Position numbers and translations under genes: made by a program. A stretch of 63,998 nucleotides of DNA, filler included, from Reticulomyxa filosa (Eukaryota; Protista; Foraminifera), in assembly GCA_000512085.1 (NCBI GenBank). It is 17 parts of 17 records of this genome, joined end to end, with 100 filler letters (N's around TTAATTAATTAA, not from the genome) between each part and the next. Parts side by side here need not be neighbours in the genome. Positions count along the whole stretch, not along the records: positions 42,447 to 62,561 come from ASPP01024023.1; 16 more parts are not named here. One strand, 5' to 3'. Shown piece by piece: positions 48,303 to 62,661 of this stretch. How positions within the stretch are numbered: the stretch's first letter is position 1; each line of letters begins with the position of its first letter. The notes beneath the pieces are model-generated. The model was given only the letters and a program-made list of their open reading frames with translations, had not been told where the DNA came from and made no database searches.

Positions 48303-49019
48303 ATGCAAGCATTGCGACAATTAGCACGAACTTGCACCACTTTGCCTCATGCTGGTGGTAGAACAAGTACAGCACCAGTTCAGGTGTCAACACGAACCTA
48401 CGACTCGAAAGTGATCGATCATTACAACAATCCAAGGAACGTTGGCTCCTTGGACTCAGTTCAGCATAGACCAAGAAAATTATCAAGTAAAATAAAATAA
48501 TTTATGTGTGACATGCAGAAAGACCCGAGCGTTGGTACTGGTTTGGTTGGTGCGCCTGCTTGTGGTGATGTCATGGTATGTTTTTTTTTTGTTTGGCGTA
48601 CAGTTACTATAATGTGCCTGTTTGATGGATCAGCGCTTTCAAATCAAAGTGGATGAGAATGGCAACATTGTCGACACTTGCTTTAAAACTTTTGGCTGTG
48701 GATCTGCCAGTTCTATTTTTTTCTTTTTAAAATATTTTCAAAAAAAAATTCTTGACAGTGTCTCGTGTGACTGATAATAGTCGCAAGTAGCTCCTTTGCG
48801 ACAGAGAAGGTAAAAGGTATGTCAGTTGATGCTGCAGCAAAGCTCACTAATAAAGAGATTGCCAATGAATTAAATCTGCCACCAGTAAAGTTACATTGTA
48901 GTATGTTGGCCGAAGATGCCATACGAGCGGCGATTAAAGATTATCAAGCCAAAAAAGCTTCTAAAAATAGCGCAACAACATCCACAACCACATCCGCACC
49001 TTCACAGCCTTCAAAGTGA
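48303..49019 (+). CDS. ISCU: Mitochondrial Fe-S cluster scaffold IscU/Isu1 (4 exons)
   Basis: Arg-rich presequence, VIDHYNNPRNVGSLD, GLVGAPACGDVM, FKTFGCGSA, LPPVKLHCSMLAEDAI. Confidence 0.97.
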
Positions 49020-49307
49020 GTGTTAAAAAAACGAAAACAATAGAGCGTTGGATTTTTTAGCCCTGTTTTGGTTACTTTTAAAAAGTGTTTAACTTTTTCT
49101 TATGCTAGCAATCAACAAGTATTTGTGACTCACACCATCAAATAAATTTAACACCAAAAAACCAACATGTTGCTTTTTTTTAATTAAGTAAACACAGCCG
49201 TATGTCGATCCACAAATCAACTTTACAAACCAACAACCACCCAATTTTTTTGTAACAAGCTCAGCACTTTCGAACAATTCTTATGTTTGTGCACGTAAGA
49301 CAATTTA

Positions 49308-51450
49308 TTAGCGCCATCCGTCGTAGCTCATGTTACTAAAATTTACTTTTTTTTCCAAGTCAGAATCAATGACTGGCAACTGCTTATAGGGGTCAATATT
49401 ATGAATTCGTAGCAGATGTTCAGCCCATTTTTTCCAGCCTTGAGCAGCTTTTAACGGATACCCCAAGCTGTGATGCAAGCCACTTAATAACAAATGAAGT
49501 CTCGCGGGCATGACATAATCGTCAACCATGACAGTAAGCGGATCTCTGGAATTTAAATACTCCAAGAATAACTGTGCATTGAGTCCTTCTGTAACTTGTA
49601 GGTCATCGCAATCAAAAAATAATCGAGCACTTTTCATAAGTACATAACCATCGAATTTTTTACTTCGGAATCCCATTTTCAAAAATTGCTTCCATATCAA
49701 ATCGTTTCGGTCATCAGCCAGATAGATTATCATCTTTGCTAGTTCAAGACGTTTCTCAAGATTCAAGTGTTTAACCTTTTTTTTTTAAATTGAACAAAAA
49801 ATGGACAAATTAAAATTGTGAGACGTATAAATCAAAATTGTGAATACAAATCAAAAGACGGACAATGCATTTCACGAGTAAGTTACATACTTGGCCATAA
49901 TCGATTAAACCCAATTTGCCGTCAGGCATCATTAGAATGTTGCCAGGATGAGGATCGCCATTGAAAGCGCCATCCATGAGCACTTCGTACCCATGAACCT
50001 CATTAACGACATCCAAGACATGTTTGATATTCATTGGAATTGGCGTATACTTATATGGTACAATGATATTTTGGTTTGGATTTCCTAAAAGCCAAAATAC
50101 AAGTCCAAATGTATAGTTACTGGTAGCTGCTAAAGTGTTCCATAGGAAATCACGTATTCTGATTTGAATGCGATAGATTTCTAATTCAGTGGCAGTAGGC
50201 TGAACCTTTCGTTGTCTTTGTTCTTCCATGAATTCGTCAATTGTTTGACCACGAGAGGTTGCGACTGCACCAAAGTTTTTCTGTGTAAGAAACACGACGA
50301 ACGGATTAGTAATGAGGAAAGAAGGACACGTAGATATAAACAAACAAAACTGTGAGAGCAGAAACCAATTTTTCTCCACGCAGATAATCCATAACCAAAC
50401 ACTTTTCAGTGCATAAATGCTTGATCGGATTGGGTACGATGACTTTGTTTTTCCAAAAGGGATGATTATTTAAATTTCGGGCAATTTCTTCCAAATTTTC
50501 GGCTTCGAGTTTGTAATTGAACTCAGTTAAGAACTGCTTTTCTGTTTCGTCTAAAAACGGTAAATGAGCAGGCTGGGCTAATTTGCAAAAGCGTCTTGCC
50601 ATTACAAAGTCGCCTCGAAACACTCCTTCAATACCAGGGTATTGAATCTTGAGAACTACCTCTTTGCCATCTTTTAAGATTGCGTAATGTGCTTGGCCGA
50701 TGCTGGCACTTCCTTTAGGTGTTGTTTTGAAACATGCGCACGCAATTAACTTCAAACAAAACAATGACAACACATTGAAAACACAAATATGGAACCTATG
50801 GGCGTTGGTTTGATATATTCAAATATCTCATGGACGTCCTTCACTTTGTATTCTTGGCGAATGATCTCGCTTATGCGTTCAAACTCTTCATATGGACAAC
50901 TGTCTTCGAGCAGTCGCAATTTCTCCACCCATTGCTTTGGAATCACATCCGTTCTCGCCGAGGCCATTTGACATATTTTCAAGTAAAAACCTTTCAAATG
51001 AACCGCCGTGTTGTAAATTTTGTTCGTATATTTGTTATGCAATTTTGTAAAAGCCTCCGTGCGACTCTCCGCGTCATAGCCTAACCACCTTGTATACACA
51101 TCCACCATTCGGTAGTGCACATAGATTGGAAACACTTGGGCCCAAAAATACAAAGATCGCTTCCAATCTTTGTCCCAGGTGGCTATTATTACCATTGCTG
51201 TACATCCTACTGCGGGTCCTAACAAGAGCCATTTGATGACTTTGCTCAACGAAAATTTTTTCCGTTCACTGCCTGAAGGAATACGTGGTTGTTCACTACA
51301 AAAACCTCGGCTATTGAACCGACAAATTGACTTCACTTTAGTCTGCCTGCTTTTCCAAAAGTTGCTGTAGATACCACAACCTCGATAATTTAACAACGAC
51401 GATGGTCTCACCAGACGAGTACGATTCAACAAGCGAAGATGACGATTCAT
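49308..51450 (-). CDS. ABC1/UbiB/ADCK atypical kinase with mitochondrial-type presequence (multi-exon)
   Basis: LKGFYLKICQ, SASIGQAH, VVLKIQYPG, EFNYKLEAEN, LVMDY, NGDPHPGNI, LIDYG. Confidence 0.92.
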
Positions 51451-52255
51451 GCTAAACGTCTTCGCAATAGGGCGGTTTGATTACCAATATTGGAAGTCTT
51501 GCAAAAGGGAAAGCTCGACCCTACGAAGTCTTGGCATACAACATGAGAGACTAACTCGCTTAACTAATGACAATCTAAATGAACACCGTAAACATTTGTG
51601 TATATAACTTTGAAAAAACTCGTAATGTTTAAGAGTGCATTGCGTTTAATCGCGTGAGACTTTATGGGTTTAAAATTATACATCTTGTTAAGAGTTTTTT
51701 CACTCCGTTTCTCCAACAACTTCTCTTTTTTGTTTTGTTGTTTCTTTGTTTAGTTTGCTTTTGCTTTTATTGAATTTGCTCAAAAGGGTTTATTTTCGTA
51801 TTACATTTTTGTTACTAATCTTCCTGCACCAAACAGTAGAAAAAGAATTCTTGATATCTGTAATTTAAGTAAGACAAAGAAAAACACTTAAAACAAGAAA
51901 AATTAGAATAAGAGAAAACATAAACATACATCTTGATAGCAATTGATGAAATTATGTGATTACACCAATAATTTTATTACGCTATTATCCTTAAAATTCC
52001 AAAAACATATGAAAAATAGTTATAACATCGACTGAAATCCCAAAATTGGTCATAGCACCTTTTATAAGCTTCTCGGAATAAATTATTTCTTTAATAAATT
52101 TGTAGAGACGATTTAGATATATCCGGATTGGCTGTGTGTGGTGTTAGAGAGAAAAGTGTTAGCCCTTCCTGTCATCCACTTTTTCCCCTTGAAAAACAAA
52201 ATAAGCATCTTTTCTTGGCATTGTGCAATCTAAAAGCTTAAAATAAAATTTAAAA

Positions 52256-55200
52256 ATGTCAGGACCAGCAAAAAAAAATGAAGCTGGAGAGAAAACAACC
52301 TCGGGAAATAGTGCAAAAATAGGTGGAGCGCAACCTGGTCCAAAGAAACCGAATAAAAAAAACAATCACAACAAGAAAGGCAAAGACAACAACAAGAATC
52401 AAAAACCAGCAGAAAAGAATCCATCTCCAAACGTAAAAGAGAGCACGAAAAAGACAGAAATTTCCGGAAAACGTCAACCTGGTACCGAAAAATCCAATAC
52501 CAATGCAGCTCAATCTGATCAAGATGCAGCACAACAAGCGCGATTGGAAAAACTCTTTAAACAGCGTGTGAACGACATGTTACGTCATCCGTTATTTTTT
52601 GAAAACAAGCAAACAAACAAGAGTGGAGTTGGATTTAATCGCTTATTTTTGTATCGTGTGTTGTGTGGTGTGAACCTTTTTCCAGGATCCAAGCCAAGGC
52701 AATGGGCCTGCAATATATGCAACAAGGCGAATTTGAAAGAGCGAAAATTATGTTTGAAGATGCATTGCGTGGAGTCATTCAATTGCCAGACAATTTGGAA
52801 ACAAGATCTCATTTGTTGCTTTGTCGTTTGAACTGTGAAAATGTAGAACAGTCACTGATCGACGGATTGAATGATTGTAATATCTTACTTCAATATTATA
52901 CCAACAATGCTAATGTCAACAACGATGCCAGTACTAATGCTAACCTCAATGCCAATACCACAACTACCACTAATCCTATTAATGATCCTTTGGTCACTGG
53001 AAGCAATGTCACTGTCGAGGCTAAATTTCCTGAAATTTCGAGCTCCAACACTGAAAATTCGCAGTCCACCGCAGGACAAAAGAACGAAGCTCCAAGTCAG
53101 ACCGCAGAAGTCAAACAAGATGATGCCACAACACAAAACAACGACGAGAACAAGGATGACGAAGAGATTCGCAATAAAGGACCAATTTTTGGTTCATGTC
53201 GGGTATGTCTTGTATTTTGTATTGCTTGACGGATGTCGTCTGACAGAAGAATAGTTGCAATGTTGTTATTTCTACTCGGTGTGTGTGTGTGTGTGTGTGA
53301 AACTGCAAAGTTGTGGCTGATCCAAGCGGAATTGAATTTGCGATTGTGTCGATTCAAGGAAGCTGCCGACTGCGTATTAAAGGCGGCAGAGTGTGACCAA
53401 CCCCTAGAGGTCGTTCCTAGTGTTCACAAGTATTTGAACCGTTTGAAAAAAAACACGGAAAACTTCAGTTTATTATTTTTATTTATATTTTCTTGAAAAG
53501 AAAAACGGAAAGGTCAAACACGAAACTGACACCACATATTGACCAAACAGAAGAAAGTGAAGACGACTCGAAATTTGATATGTTGAACATCGACTCGCAA
53601 AAGTTGGAAAGGTGAGTGTGACAAGGTTTAAAAGGGGAATAGAATGAGGGGACAGCATAAGAAAACGGGGGGGTGCACAAACTACAATAAAAGGTTCTTT
53701 GCAGAGTTGACAGTAATGTCTCAACAGTTGCTGTTTAGCGTGAGTTGGGAGAAGATTCATGAGGTAATTGACTCGCCATTGTGTCAATCCATGCTTCCTA
53801 AAAGCTTGTCACCTGAAGAAAAGGCCAAAGTCACAAAATTTTTGCATCAATTATTGGATTGGAATGTTAATTTTTTGTTTGTTTATTTGCTAGATGTATA
53901 TGCTGAAAGCTTTGTTTTGTTAACGTGAATCCAAAACTGATTTTGTTGATTGTAACGAACAGTTACCAAGTGTGGTGTCAAAGGCGCGTGAACGTGTAAT
54001 AAAACAAACGAAGGCAAAGCGAAGTGATCTTGCAGAAACCGACAAAGGAGAGAGTAGTGGTGACAAAAGCGACGAACATGAACCAAAGAAAAAAGAATCG
54101 GTCGTAGAAAAAAAACAAAAGGAAAATGAGAGTGATGAGGAAACCAATCCGCAATTGCTAAGTTTGGAAGAACGAGAAATAGCCAATCAAAAACACATCG
54201 CTCAATCATTGCTATTTTTGAAAGAAGCTTATGGTTATCTGTGTGCTCGTGAAATGTGGAAACATTTTTCGGTTCCTCCTGAACCACCACCGGAGACACT
54301 CTCATTGGAAGAAGTTTGGTGATTGTCTTTGTACTTGTGTTTCGCTGGAGTAAGTCAAATGCGCAATTCGTTTGTTTGAATATATTCAAGGCCCTTCCTG
54401 TAGATACCGAACCCACATATTTTTTGGAGACTGGATTATTTGCCTGCGAAAATGGACACGATTTTATGAGTGGAGCTGTGTATGAACACTCATTTTCCTT
54501 ATCCACATTCTTAGAAGTGACAAGACGCAAACCCTTTCCTCATTTGCTTTTAAATCCTGCTTGGCTCCATCCTGCTGGCTATCGCATGATTCATTGGTTG
54601 GCTAATGCACCTTCATGTTTTGGAAAATATTTGATTGACTCAAGCAGTGAACCTGCACAATGTTCAGAAGAAAGATGGAACCAATTTTTCGATTTGCGAG
54701 TAGAGGCATACTTTGAGTCGGATACAGACACTTCAGAGGCACTCATTACCAAAGAAATGAGCGGTACGTATATTGTATTTATATACATGTTCATTGAACG
54801 TATAAAGCAAAAGAGAAACTTGTTTCATCCTTCTGTGTTCATACCTTTCAATGATGACACTTTGTAACATTAGATGAAAAATGTAAATAGATGCACAAGA
54901 TGATACGAAAAAATTTGAAGAAGCAATGGAACGAATTGTCGGCAAAGAAAAGAAAAATCAATTGATGCAGTTAGAATTAGATCTATCCATACCCATTTTA
55001 AAAAAATACGCTCATATTATGTCAGTAATATCAGGAATCGATGAAGATAAAATTTTGTACGAATTGGCAGTTAAATAAATTAAAGACAAAAAAAAAAGAT
55101 ATGCACAAACTATACATTTATTGTTGATCTTTTGTTTTGTTTGTTTGCAATACTATATTCGGAAAGCTCCCTGAGGATGAACCTTCTTTGAAGGAACGCC

Positions 55201-57280
55201 ATGCAAAAGGTAAAGATGATAGTGAATCAGTCCAAAAAAAAAAAGAGGATGGCAGTCCTACTATTACAATGAAAGTGTTGTCGCAATACTTCAATAACAA
55301 GGATTTTCGCGATTACAAACCTGTAGGATTGCTCGGATTGATTCAATCGTCTCATTTTAACATTTTGCCCTCCAGTGCCACTTCTGCCACATCATTGCCC
55401 ACAACAACCAGCGAGGAACATAAGAGACCGCTTTATAATCGAAATCAGATCGCAAAGGAGTTGAAAGAGTTGGAAAAAGAAGTAATCCAATTTCAAATTG
55501 ATTACAAGGCCAAAGTGTGTGAAGTTGCCGGAAATAAATTAAAGGAAATCGAGGTATTTCTTTTGTTTTTGTTTCTTTTCATTAACTTGTAAGGCATATT
55601 TGGCACACCACAAATTTTTTTTAGGAGGAAATGAAAGTGTTGCAATATCGTGGGCTGGAGTTAACGCGTTGGTTGCGAGCATTTGTGAATAAAATGATTT
55701 CTCGCCGAGAATTGGAACAAGATATTGTAGATGTCAGTGGCAAAGACGATTATGACAAGTCATTTGAGTGGTTCAAGGGCATGACAAAATATGTTCAAGG
55801 AGCCAGTGATTTGTTATTACGAGTAATCGGTCGCACCTTAGTCTTTAATTTGCTTCAAGCCTATGTGCGCTATGACGATCCCAATGCCTTCAAACAAGCA
55901 AAACAACAACACCATGAGTTGTTAATTCAAAGGGAACAAGAGATTAAAAAAAAGCAACAAGAAAAAGAAAAAGAGAAGGAAAAAGAAAAAGAAAAAGAAA
56001 AAGAGAAAGAGAAAGAAAAACAAACAGAAGATGCTGAGATTAACAAATCATCAGAAAAAGGTGTAGTAGAAACAGAGCAAGAGCCGGCTAGTAATACATC
56101 AGCTAACAGTGAAAATAAAGAACCTTCGGCTCTTCAAATGATCATTGATGAAGAAGAACGAGAACGAACGGCCAATCAAAAAAGGCAGCCACAAGCCGAG
56201 AAATTGAGACAAGAAATGGGATTACCTACTTTGCAATCATGGATTGCAGTAGGAAAAAAAATTGAAAAAGTGGACGCTAGATATTTTGAATTGCATCGAT
56301 TGGCAACATTTTATACTCATATCAGAGATGCCTACTTATACGATCCTGCCACATTGAACAGCAATGTTGAAACGGCGAATGCGGAAAAACAAAATAAGAA
56401 TGAAAATGATCCACCAAAGAAATCTGTGTTGAAGACAGCTTTTGGTGCATTTCGTAAACCTAGTGGACAAACAAAGCCAGTGCAAACAACACCTGTACTT
56501 CAAGATACTGCTGTACCTTCTATCGATCAAGTAAAAATATTTTGTTTTTGTAAAGTGGAAGGGATAATATATATAGTATATAACTTCAAAAAACTAATAC
56601 AGGTTGAAAGGATATTCAAAGAGAGAATAATGAAAAGCCCTGCGGTACGAAGTGAATTGGAGTTTGTAAAAAGCAAATTGGATATACGTTTATTAATGGT
56701 CCCGGTGTTGGAAATGCCCATTCCTGTTGCAGAGATTGAAAATATCTTGCAAGGAAAGCAAACCAGTATGTGGTGGTATGATTCCCCTATTGGCAAATCT
56801 TATGCACATGAAATCAAAAATTTTTATCAGAGATGCCGCCATATCAAAGAAATAGTTTTCTGTTTGGTGTATTCTTCGTCAGATCGAAGAGTCATCCCAG
56901 TGTATACTACGTATACACAACCAAGTTATGTATTATCATCATTTTCCAAACGTGTCACTTTAATGAACAAATTTATATGTTTCAATAGACAAATTTTATG
57001 CATGTTCTAATTGTGAGAGTATATTTTCGTCGCTGCGATGTGGAGATTGTGGCATGACACATTATTGGTAAGCTTGTTTATATTTGTGTTTTCGCAATAC
57101 GTCAACTTTCCATTTTTTTTTCCTCTCCCCAACTAACAGTTCGAAGGAGTGCCAAATTTCACATTGGAAGTACCACAAGTTGGAGTGCAAACGTTTGAAA
57201 GAAATGGGCCAACCAACAGTTTCATTTGTGTTATGATGATTAATGAAGTAATTCCATTTGTTCAGTTTGGGTTATTTTAA
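52256..57280 (+). CDS. Large multi-exon protein with N-terminal TPR-like repeats; remainder unassigned
   Basis: Chain of + strand ORFs separated by GT-AG introns; AMGLQYMQQGEFERAKIMFEDAL and QAELNLRLCRFKEAADCVLKA are TPR-like; (KE)n at ~55960-56020; 3' end approximate. Confidence 0.6.
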
Positions 57281-57874
57281 TATTTTTTTAAAAACAAAAC
57301 TTAAATCAAATCTTGACCCACTTATACAAAGGTCACAACATTTTCCCTAAAAATTTAATAACCGTATTCACAATTCTCAACACCAAATACAAGCTTCTAT
57401 TTGTAGGCACAATGCGCAAAACTATTTAATATATTAACGAACTTATTCTCATAAAAATTGTTGTCAAAGCAAACACTATTTAATTTTTACTCACAAAATT
57501 TTATTTCGAAATCTCAAGAATTTAAAACAATAAAAAATGTTTTATTTATAATAAAATATTTTTCTGCTGATAATACCCATTTAATCCATTAACACTTTTG
57601 CATAAAGCAAAATATCAAACAACTTATATGAAATTTTAAAAGGTATTCAGCACGCCGAATCACCTATAACAGGTTGTAAAAGCTTGTGGTACCTTGTCTT
57701 GTGAGTTTATTGCATCTGCTCCCTGTAATAAATAACAACACCAAGGCGATCCAAGCTAAATTTATCACAAATAAATATCCCTTTTTCCCAAAAACAAAAC
57801 AACATAGCGTGAGAGAAACAGTGTGGGATTGACACAATAGAGAAATCCGTAGAACTAAAGAAAAGGCACTTTTT

Positions 57875-59066
57875 TTAAGTTTCTAACATTGATGAAATAT
57901 CTGAAACAACTTCCTCTTTCTGCTCTTTCTGGTCCATAGCAATCAATCGGGCTTTTATCCACTCAAACGAGATAAAGACTAATGCATGTTGTGGAAAAGC
58001 TCTCTGTTAATTTTTGTTTTTTCAATTGTAGCTTTCCCTTCAAAGTAGAAAGGGAAACAAAGCATACCAGCATTGTTGCTCCAACTCCTTGGTAGAAAGA
58101 GGCAAAACCTCGCTCATGAAATTGAAGGCGAACACCATGAAAAAATCCGGAACGATAGTGATTTTCTCTCGCTTGGTACTGGGTTTTCATGACGTCGATA
58201 GGATAGACGACATACCATGACATTAATCCAGCTAATCCCCCTGCCATAAAAGGAATTAATGTGGTTTTGTGATTGGGATCATAGTGATGAACGACATAGG
58301 CATACAATGGAAAATATACAGCAAATGCCGGCGCGTCTCGCAGCACTGTGATGTGAAAACCACGCAACAAACCAAAAAATCCATATTGCCTGGCCACTTG
58401 AATTTCACCACGGATAGTAGCCGATTCTGGAGTGTTTTGGAGCTATTTGGTTATTATTATTAAAAAATTGAGAAATCGTACCCATTATCTAAAAAAAAAG
58501 ATGCAAACTTGGCAGATGACTTTGATCATTTCTGTTGGCGAAGTAATAACACAAGACACAAGACCAGACCAGGCACCTGCCAGCCCGATCGTAACCATGT
58601 CTAACGATCCTTTTTCCGTTGGTCTAAACTGTTCAAAATATTTTCGGCCACCTGTCAGAGGATCATACATTTTTCTTGTCTCTTAATTTTTTAAGTGCAT
58701 CATTTTTGTAAAAAGTTGTAAACTTTCGTATGAATGGAATAGCAGTGCAGACATTAAACCGACTGTCAGTGTTGGTGACACAACGCCACGGAACATCCCA
58801 CGTATTCCTTCTTGTGTCATTATCTTTATTTTTATTGTCATTTTGTTTGTACGTTACAAAGCACATGCTAAAGTTTTGCGTGCTACAAAGGAAAAGAAAA
58901 TGTGAAAAAGATTCACCTTGGTTAATTGCTTCGCAATATTGCCATATTTTTGATACTCAGGTATTTGCATTCTGATTCGTATTACGTCTAACGGTTGTGT
59001 AGCCATAATTCCTAAACTGCCAGCAACACATCCTGCAATAAAATCAGGTGACAATAATGCTTGCAT
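57875..59066 (-). CDS. Mitochondrial carrier family protein (SLC25A29/45/48-like), multi-exon
   Basis: Three signature repeats PLDVIRIRMQ, PTEMIKVICQ, PIDVMKTQYQ; DFIAG, LRDAPAF, RAFP. Confidence 0.92.
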
Positions 59067-59677
59067 TTTCTTTAACAAAACTGGTCAAATAAACAAATTT
59101 TTATCAACTCGCTATTTACAAAATGTCAAAGAAACTGAACCATACAAAAGGTGTCTCAGATTTCCTTGAAAAAAACGCCAACCACTATAAAGAGAGCTGA
59201 AGTTGTACATGCCAGCAAAAAACAACTAAGATAGTGTTTCTAAAAGTTGATACTTGTATGAGACGTAGTAAAAAAGAGCAAAGATAATTCATTTTGTGGA
59301 AGAGCATTGTTTCTGGTGGAAGTACGACATGAGCAAAATTTTATGTCAATGTCGAACAGGTAATTTAGATGAAAACATGAGACAAAATACAACAACTGTT
59401 CAACAAAAGTAACAAAAATCGACAGAATCCCAGCGAATAAAATGAGCAAACAAATAAAACAAAACAAAAAGCGAAGGGAGAACGATATATTTGAAAAAAT
59501 AACAAAAATAAAGTAAAATAAAAAAATGCACAGCAAAACGAGTTTCTTTTTGGAAGCGGTTAAGCAACCTTCGGGAAGAAAAGAAAGCAAAAAAAAAAAG
59601 TAACATAAAAGACGAATAAACAACTTTTTTCATTTCATTGCAAAGTTTTTTTAGGCCCGTACGTTGAGACTAACCCA

Positions 59678-61717
59678 CTATTGTGGATTAATTTTGTGAA
59701 TATTCTTCATATGCGCATTAAATGCCGATTTTTGGCGAAACCGCTTTTGACAGTGATCACATCCGTAAGGCTTCTCACCTGTATGAATCCTTTTGTGTAC
59801 TGTCAAATTATGGCCGACCGCGAATCCCTTTCCACAAACCTCGCATACGTGTGGCCTTTCATTGGTATGGGTGCGTTCTTTTGTTTATTATTATTTTTTC
59901 GTGTCCCCCCAATATTGTTGTATTCATCAACACCAAACAATTTGTGAAAATGTGACAATATATTCAAATCTCTGTCACTTTTTCTATACGTTTATGGCTC
60001 TTTTTAGTTTTCCATAATAAATTTTTCATAGTTTACAGAAAACCTTAGCTATAAAAAAACCCGTGTACACGCTAAAGTTTGGACTCACATACCGTGATCT
60101 CGCCATCTGTGTTAAGAGACAAAATGCATTTGCTTTCTGAAAATGGACATTGTAAAGAGAAAGGAAAAAAAGAACAAACCCGTGATTCTGCTTGAAGCTC
60201 TTGTCACAATATCGACACTTGTAAGGTCTTTCGTTGGTGTGAATACGCAAGTGCTCGACATAATTTGTTTTGCGACCGAATTTCTGTTGAAAAAATCAAC
60301 GTCAACAAAACAAACACATACATAATAATAGTAATAATAATAAAAGAATACGTATTGGCTTAAAAAACTTTGTGGCAATAGTGACATTCCAATGCTTGCT
60401 CCGTGTGAACTTTACTATGAGTAATTAAATTGGTTTCGTATTTATATTTCTTTCCACATACTTTGCACACAAACTTTTTTTCACTAATGTCACAACGTCG
60501 TTTAATCACCCGGTGTCCCGTGGAAACGGCAGAAGGCGGGCCCACATATGCCGTGGATGGTCGACCTTTACGACTGACTTGTTTGAGTGTGATCAATGGA
60601 CTGTTTTCATTACTATCGAGCACAACGGTAGGCTCTTGTTTGAGTTCCCCCGACTTTTTTTGTTCTTGATCAACAACAGTTGTCTGAGACGGTGAGGGTA
60701 GGAGGAAGGGCAAAGGGGGTAACACATTCAAATAATGGATCCATTCATCACTGGTGGCACTGACACTTTGGTTATGTGTATCTATGTACATATATTTATA
60801 GATATATTTTTTTTTAAGCGACAATTTTTTTTTTATGGGAAATAATTTGCTTCTTTAAATTGAACAAAAAAAAAAAAAATAAAATAAAAAATACTGGAAA
60901 TTTGGAAGGGCAGGGTATGACACGCCGAAGATGAGTCGGAGAGTCCGGTGGTAGGACTGACGCAATACAGCGGCTTGGATGCGTTGGATAACAACTGCAC
61001 AAGCACGCTATTGAGAGGATGGTTTTCAATAGTCGTGGCAGTGTTTGGTTGGATAGAATAGGACAGATCACCATTGGCAGAGATCAACTCGATATTCGGA
61101 CAGTCGAAAGGATGGACTGAAGCGTAGTTATTTTTATTTCGACCGTCCATCCATAGCAGCTGGTTATCAATATTAGCACCGTTGCTGTTATTGATATTGT
61201 TATTTGTGTTATTGATGGCATCATCACTATGCACATGCGACACTGAACCAACCAACGGTCTCGTGTTGATGGTACTGCTACTGCTATTGTCCCCATTTTC
61301 GGAGAAGCTTCCGGAACTTCTCTCCATCCAATTTACTTGGCAGTGAACATTCCCCTCTCTGTCAGCAAGGATTGGGGTTGGATTGTACGGCAACAATAAT
61401 ATCACTTGGTTTCGTTCATTGCTTTTGTCAATTCTTTCCTCTGGTGGAAATATCGGAGGGGATGTCATTTTGTAGTTGTCAACATTAACATGCCCATTCG
61501 TCGTCAACAGCTTTTCGTTTAAATAATTCGTCAACATTACCCCTGATCCAATGTTACTTGGCTTGTTCTCATTCCGCATCCAACCTTGACGACTCTCCTC
61601 ACTTTGTCTGTACATTGCATTCCCTGGATGCGCTCCAGTTATGTTGTCTTGGTTCGCATGATTCGAATAGTTCGTTTCGCACGTTGGAATGTCTCTTATT
61701 ATCACCAGTTGAGCCAT
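59678..61717 (-). CDS. C2H2 (Kruppel-type) zinc-finger protein, about 5 fingers, multi-exon
   Basis: [10 protein letters not shown]...[61 protein letters not shown]; low-complexity N-terminus. Confidence 0.9.
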
Positions 61718-62173
61718 GGTGGACTTTTTTCACTGTTCTTTTTTTGTTAATACCTTCACACGTTGCAAACTCAAGTTGTTAACTTCTTGTCAATTCCTGG
61801 CCACTTCTTACAAAAAAGACAGAAATAATAAAATTTTTTTTGTTATTCTTTCGAAAGATTTTACTAATTTTTGTCCGCTTGGAGGGAACCGAAAACAGCG
61901 CTACGACCTTTTCGTTTTAAGTTTTGCCCGTTAGTTTTTTCAAAAGGTCTTTTTTAGTACGGATAGTTTAAAATTAGATAATAATTATACAAGAAAGCAA
62001 AATAATGGTAAAACCATCCGAGTTTTCCAAATGCACTGGCTTGAAGACAAAACCTTGTCTCTGAATATGGAATATTTCTTCGTGTTCACTTTTTCAAAGT
62101 TTCTCTCGGACACTGCAAACTTGAAGGGGAGGGACAACATCCTCTCAAGAGAAGATCCTAAAAAAAACTCCAC

Positions 62174-62470
62174 ATGCTAAATCAAGGCAATAAAAAGAAG
62201 AAAAAACTGTTTTTGAGTGAAGACTCATCAAAAAATGGCGCAGATACAGCGCAAGACGTAATTATATACGTAAGTTCACCAGTACATAAGCGCTTGAATT
62301 CAGAGCCGTTGGAAGTTAATGAGTCGTTTTTGCTGTCAGCTCAAGGAAAAGCGAATAAAAGCAATGCAATGTACTCCAACACTTTGGACGACAATTCCAA
62401 GGTTCGAGCAAAAAGTGACCCGTTTGACAGATCCAATTCAATGCCAGCGTCACAGTTGGTGAGGAAGTGA
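62174..62470 (+). CDS. Hypothetical protein, probable first exon of a gene cut by the spacer
   Basis: 98-aa hydrophilic ORF ending at GTGAG-type donor candidates. Confidence 0.4.
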   Translation: MLNQGNKKKKKLFLSEDSSKNGADTAQDVIIYVSSPVHKRLNSEPLEVNESFLLSAQGKANKSNAMYSNTLDDNSKVRAKSDPFDRSNSMPASQLVRK

Positions 62471-62661
62471 GTGTAAAACAAATAAACACAAAAATGTGAG
62501 CAAAGAAAGGAGTGTATTATTAGTGTTGCAAAGTAAAAGCATTTTGTCATGGGGGTGGGGGNNNNNNNNNNNNNNNNNNNNNNNNNNNNNNNNNNNNNNN
62601 NNNNNTTAATTAATTAANNNNNNNNNNNNNNNNNNNNNNNNNNNNNNNNNNNNNNNNNNNN

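Noticed and set aside
2137-62617. Regularly recurring palindromic TTAATTAATTAA as a CRISPR-like or biological repeat
   Set aside because: Always embedded in N44 pads; it is a six-frame-stop concatenation linker
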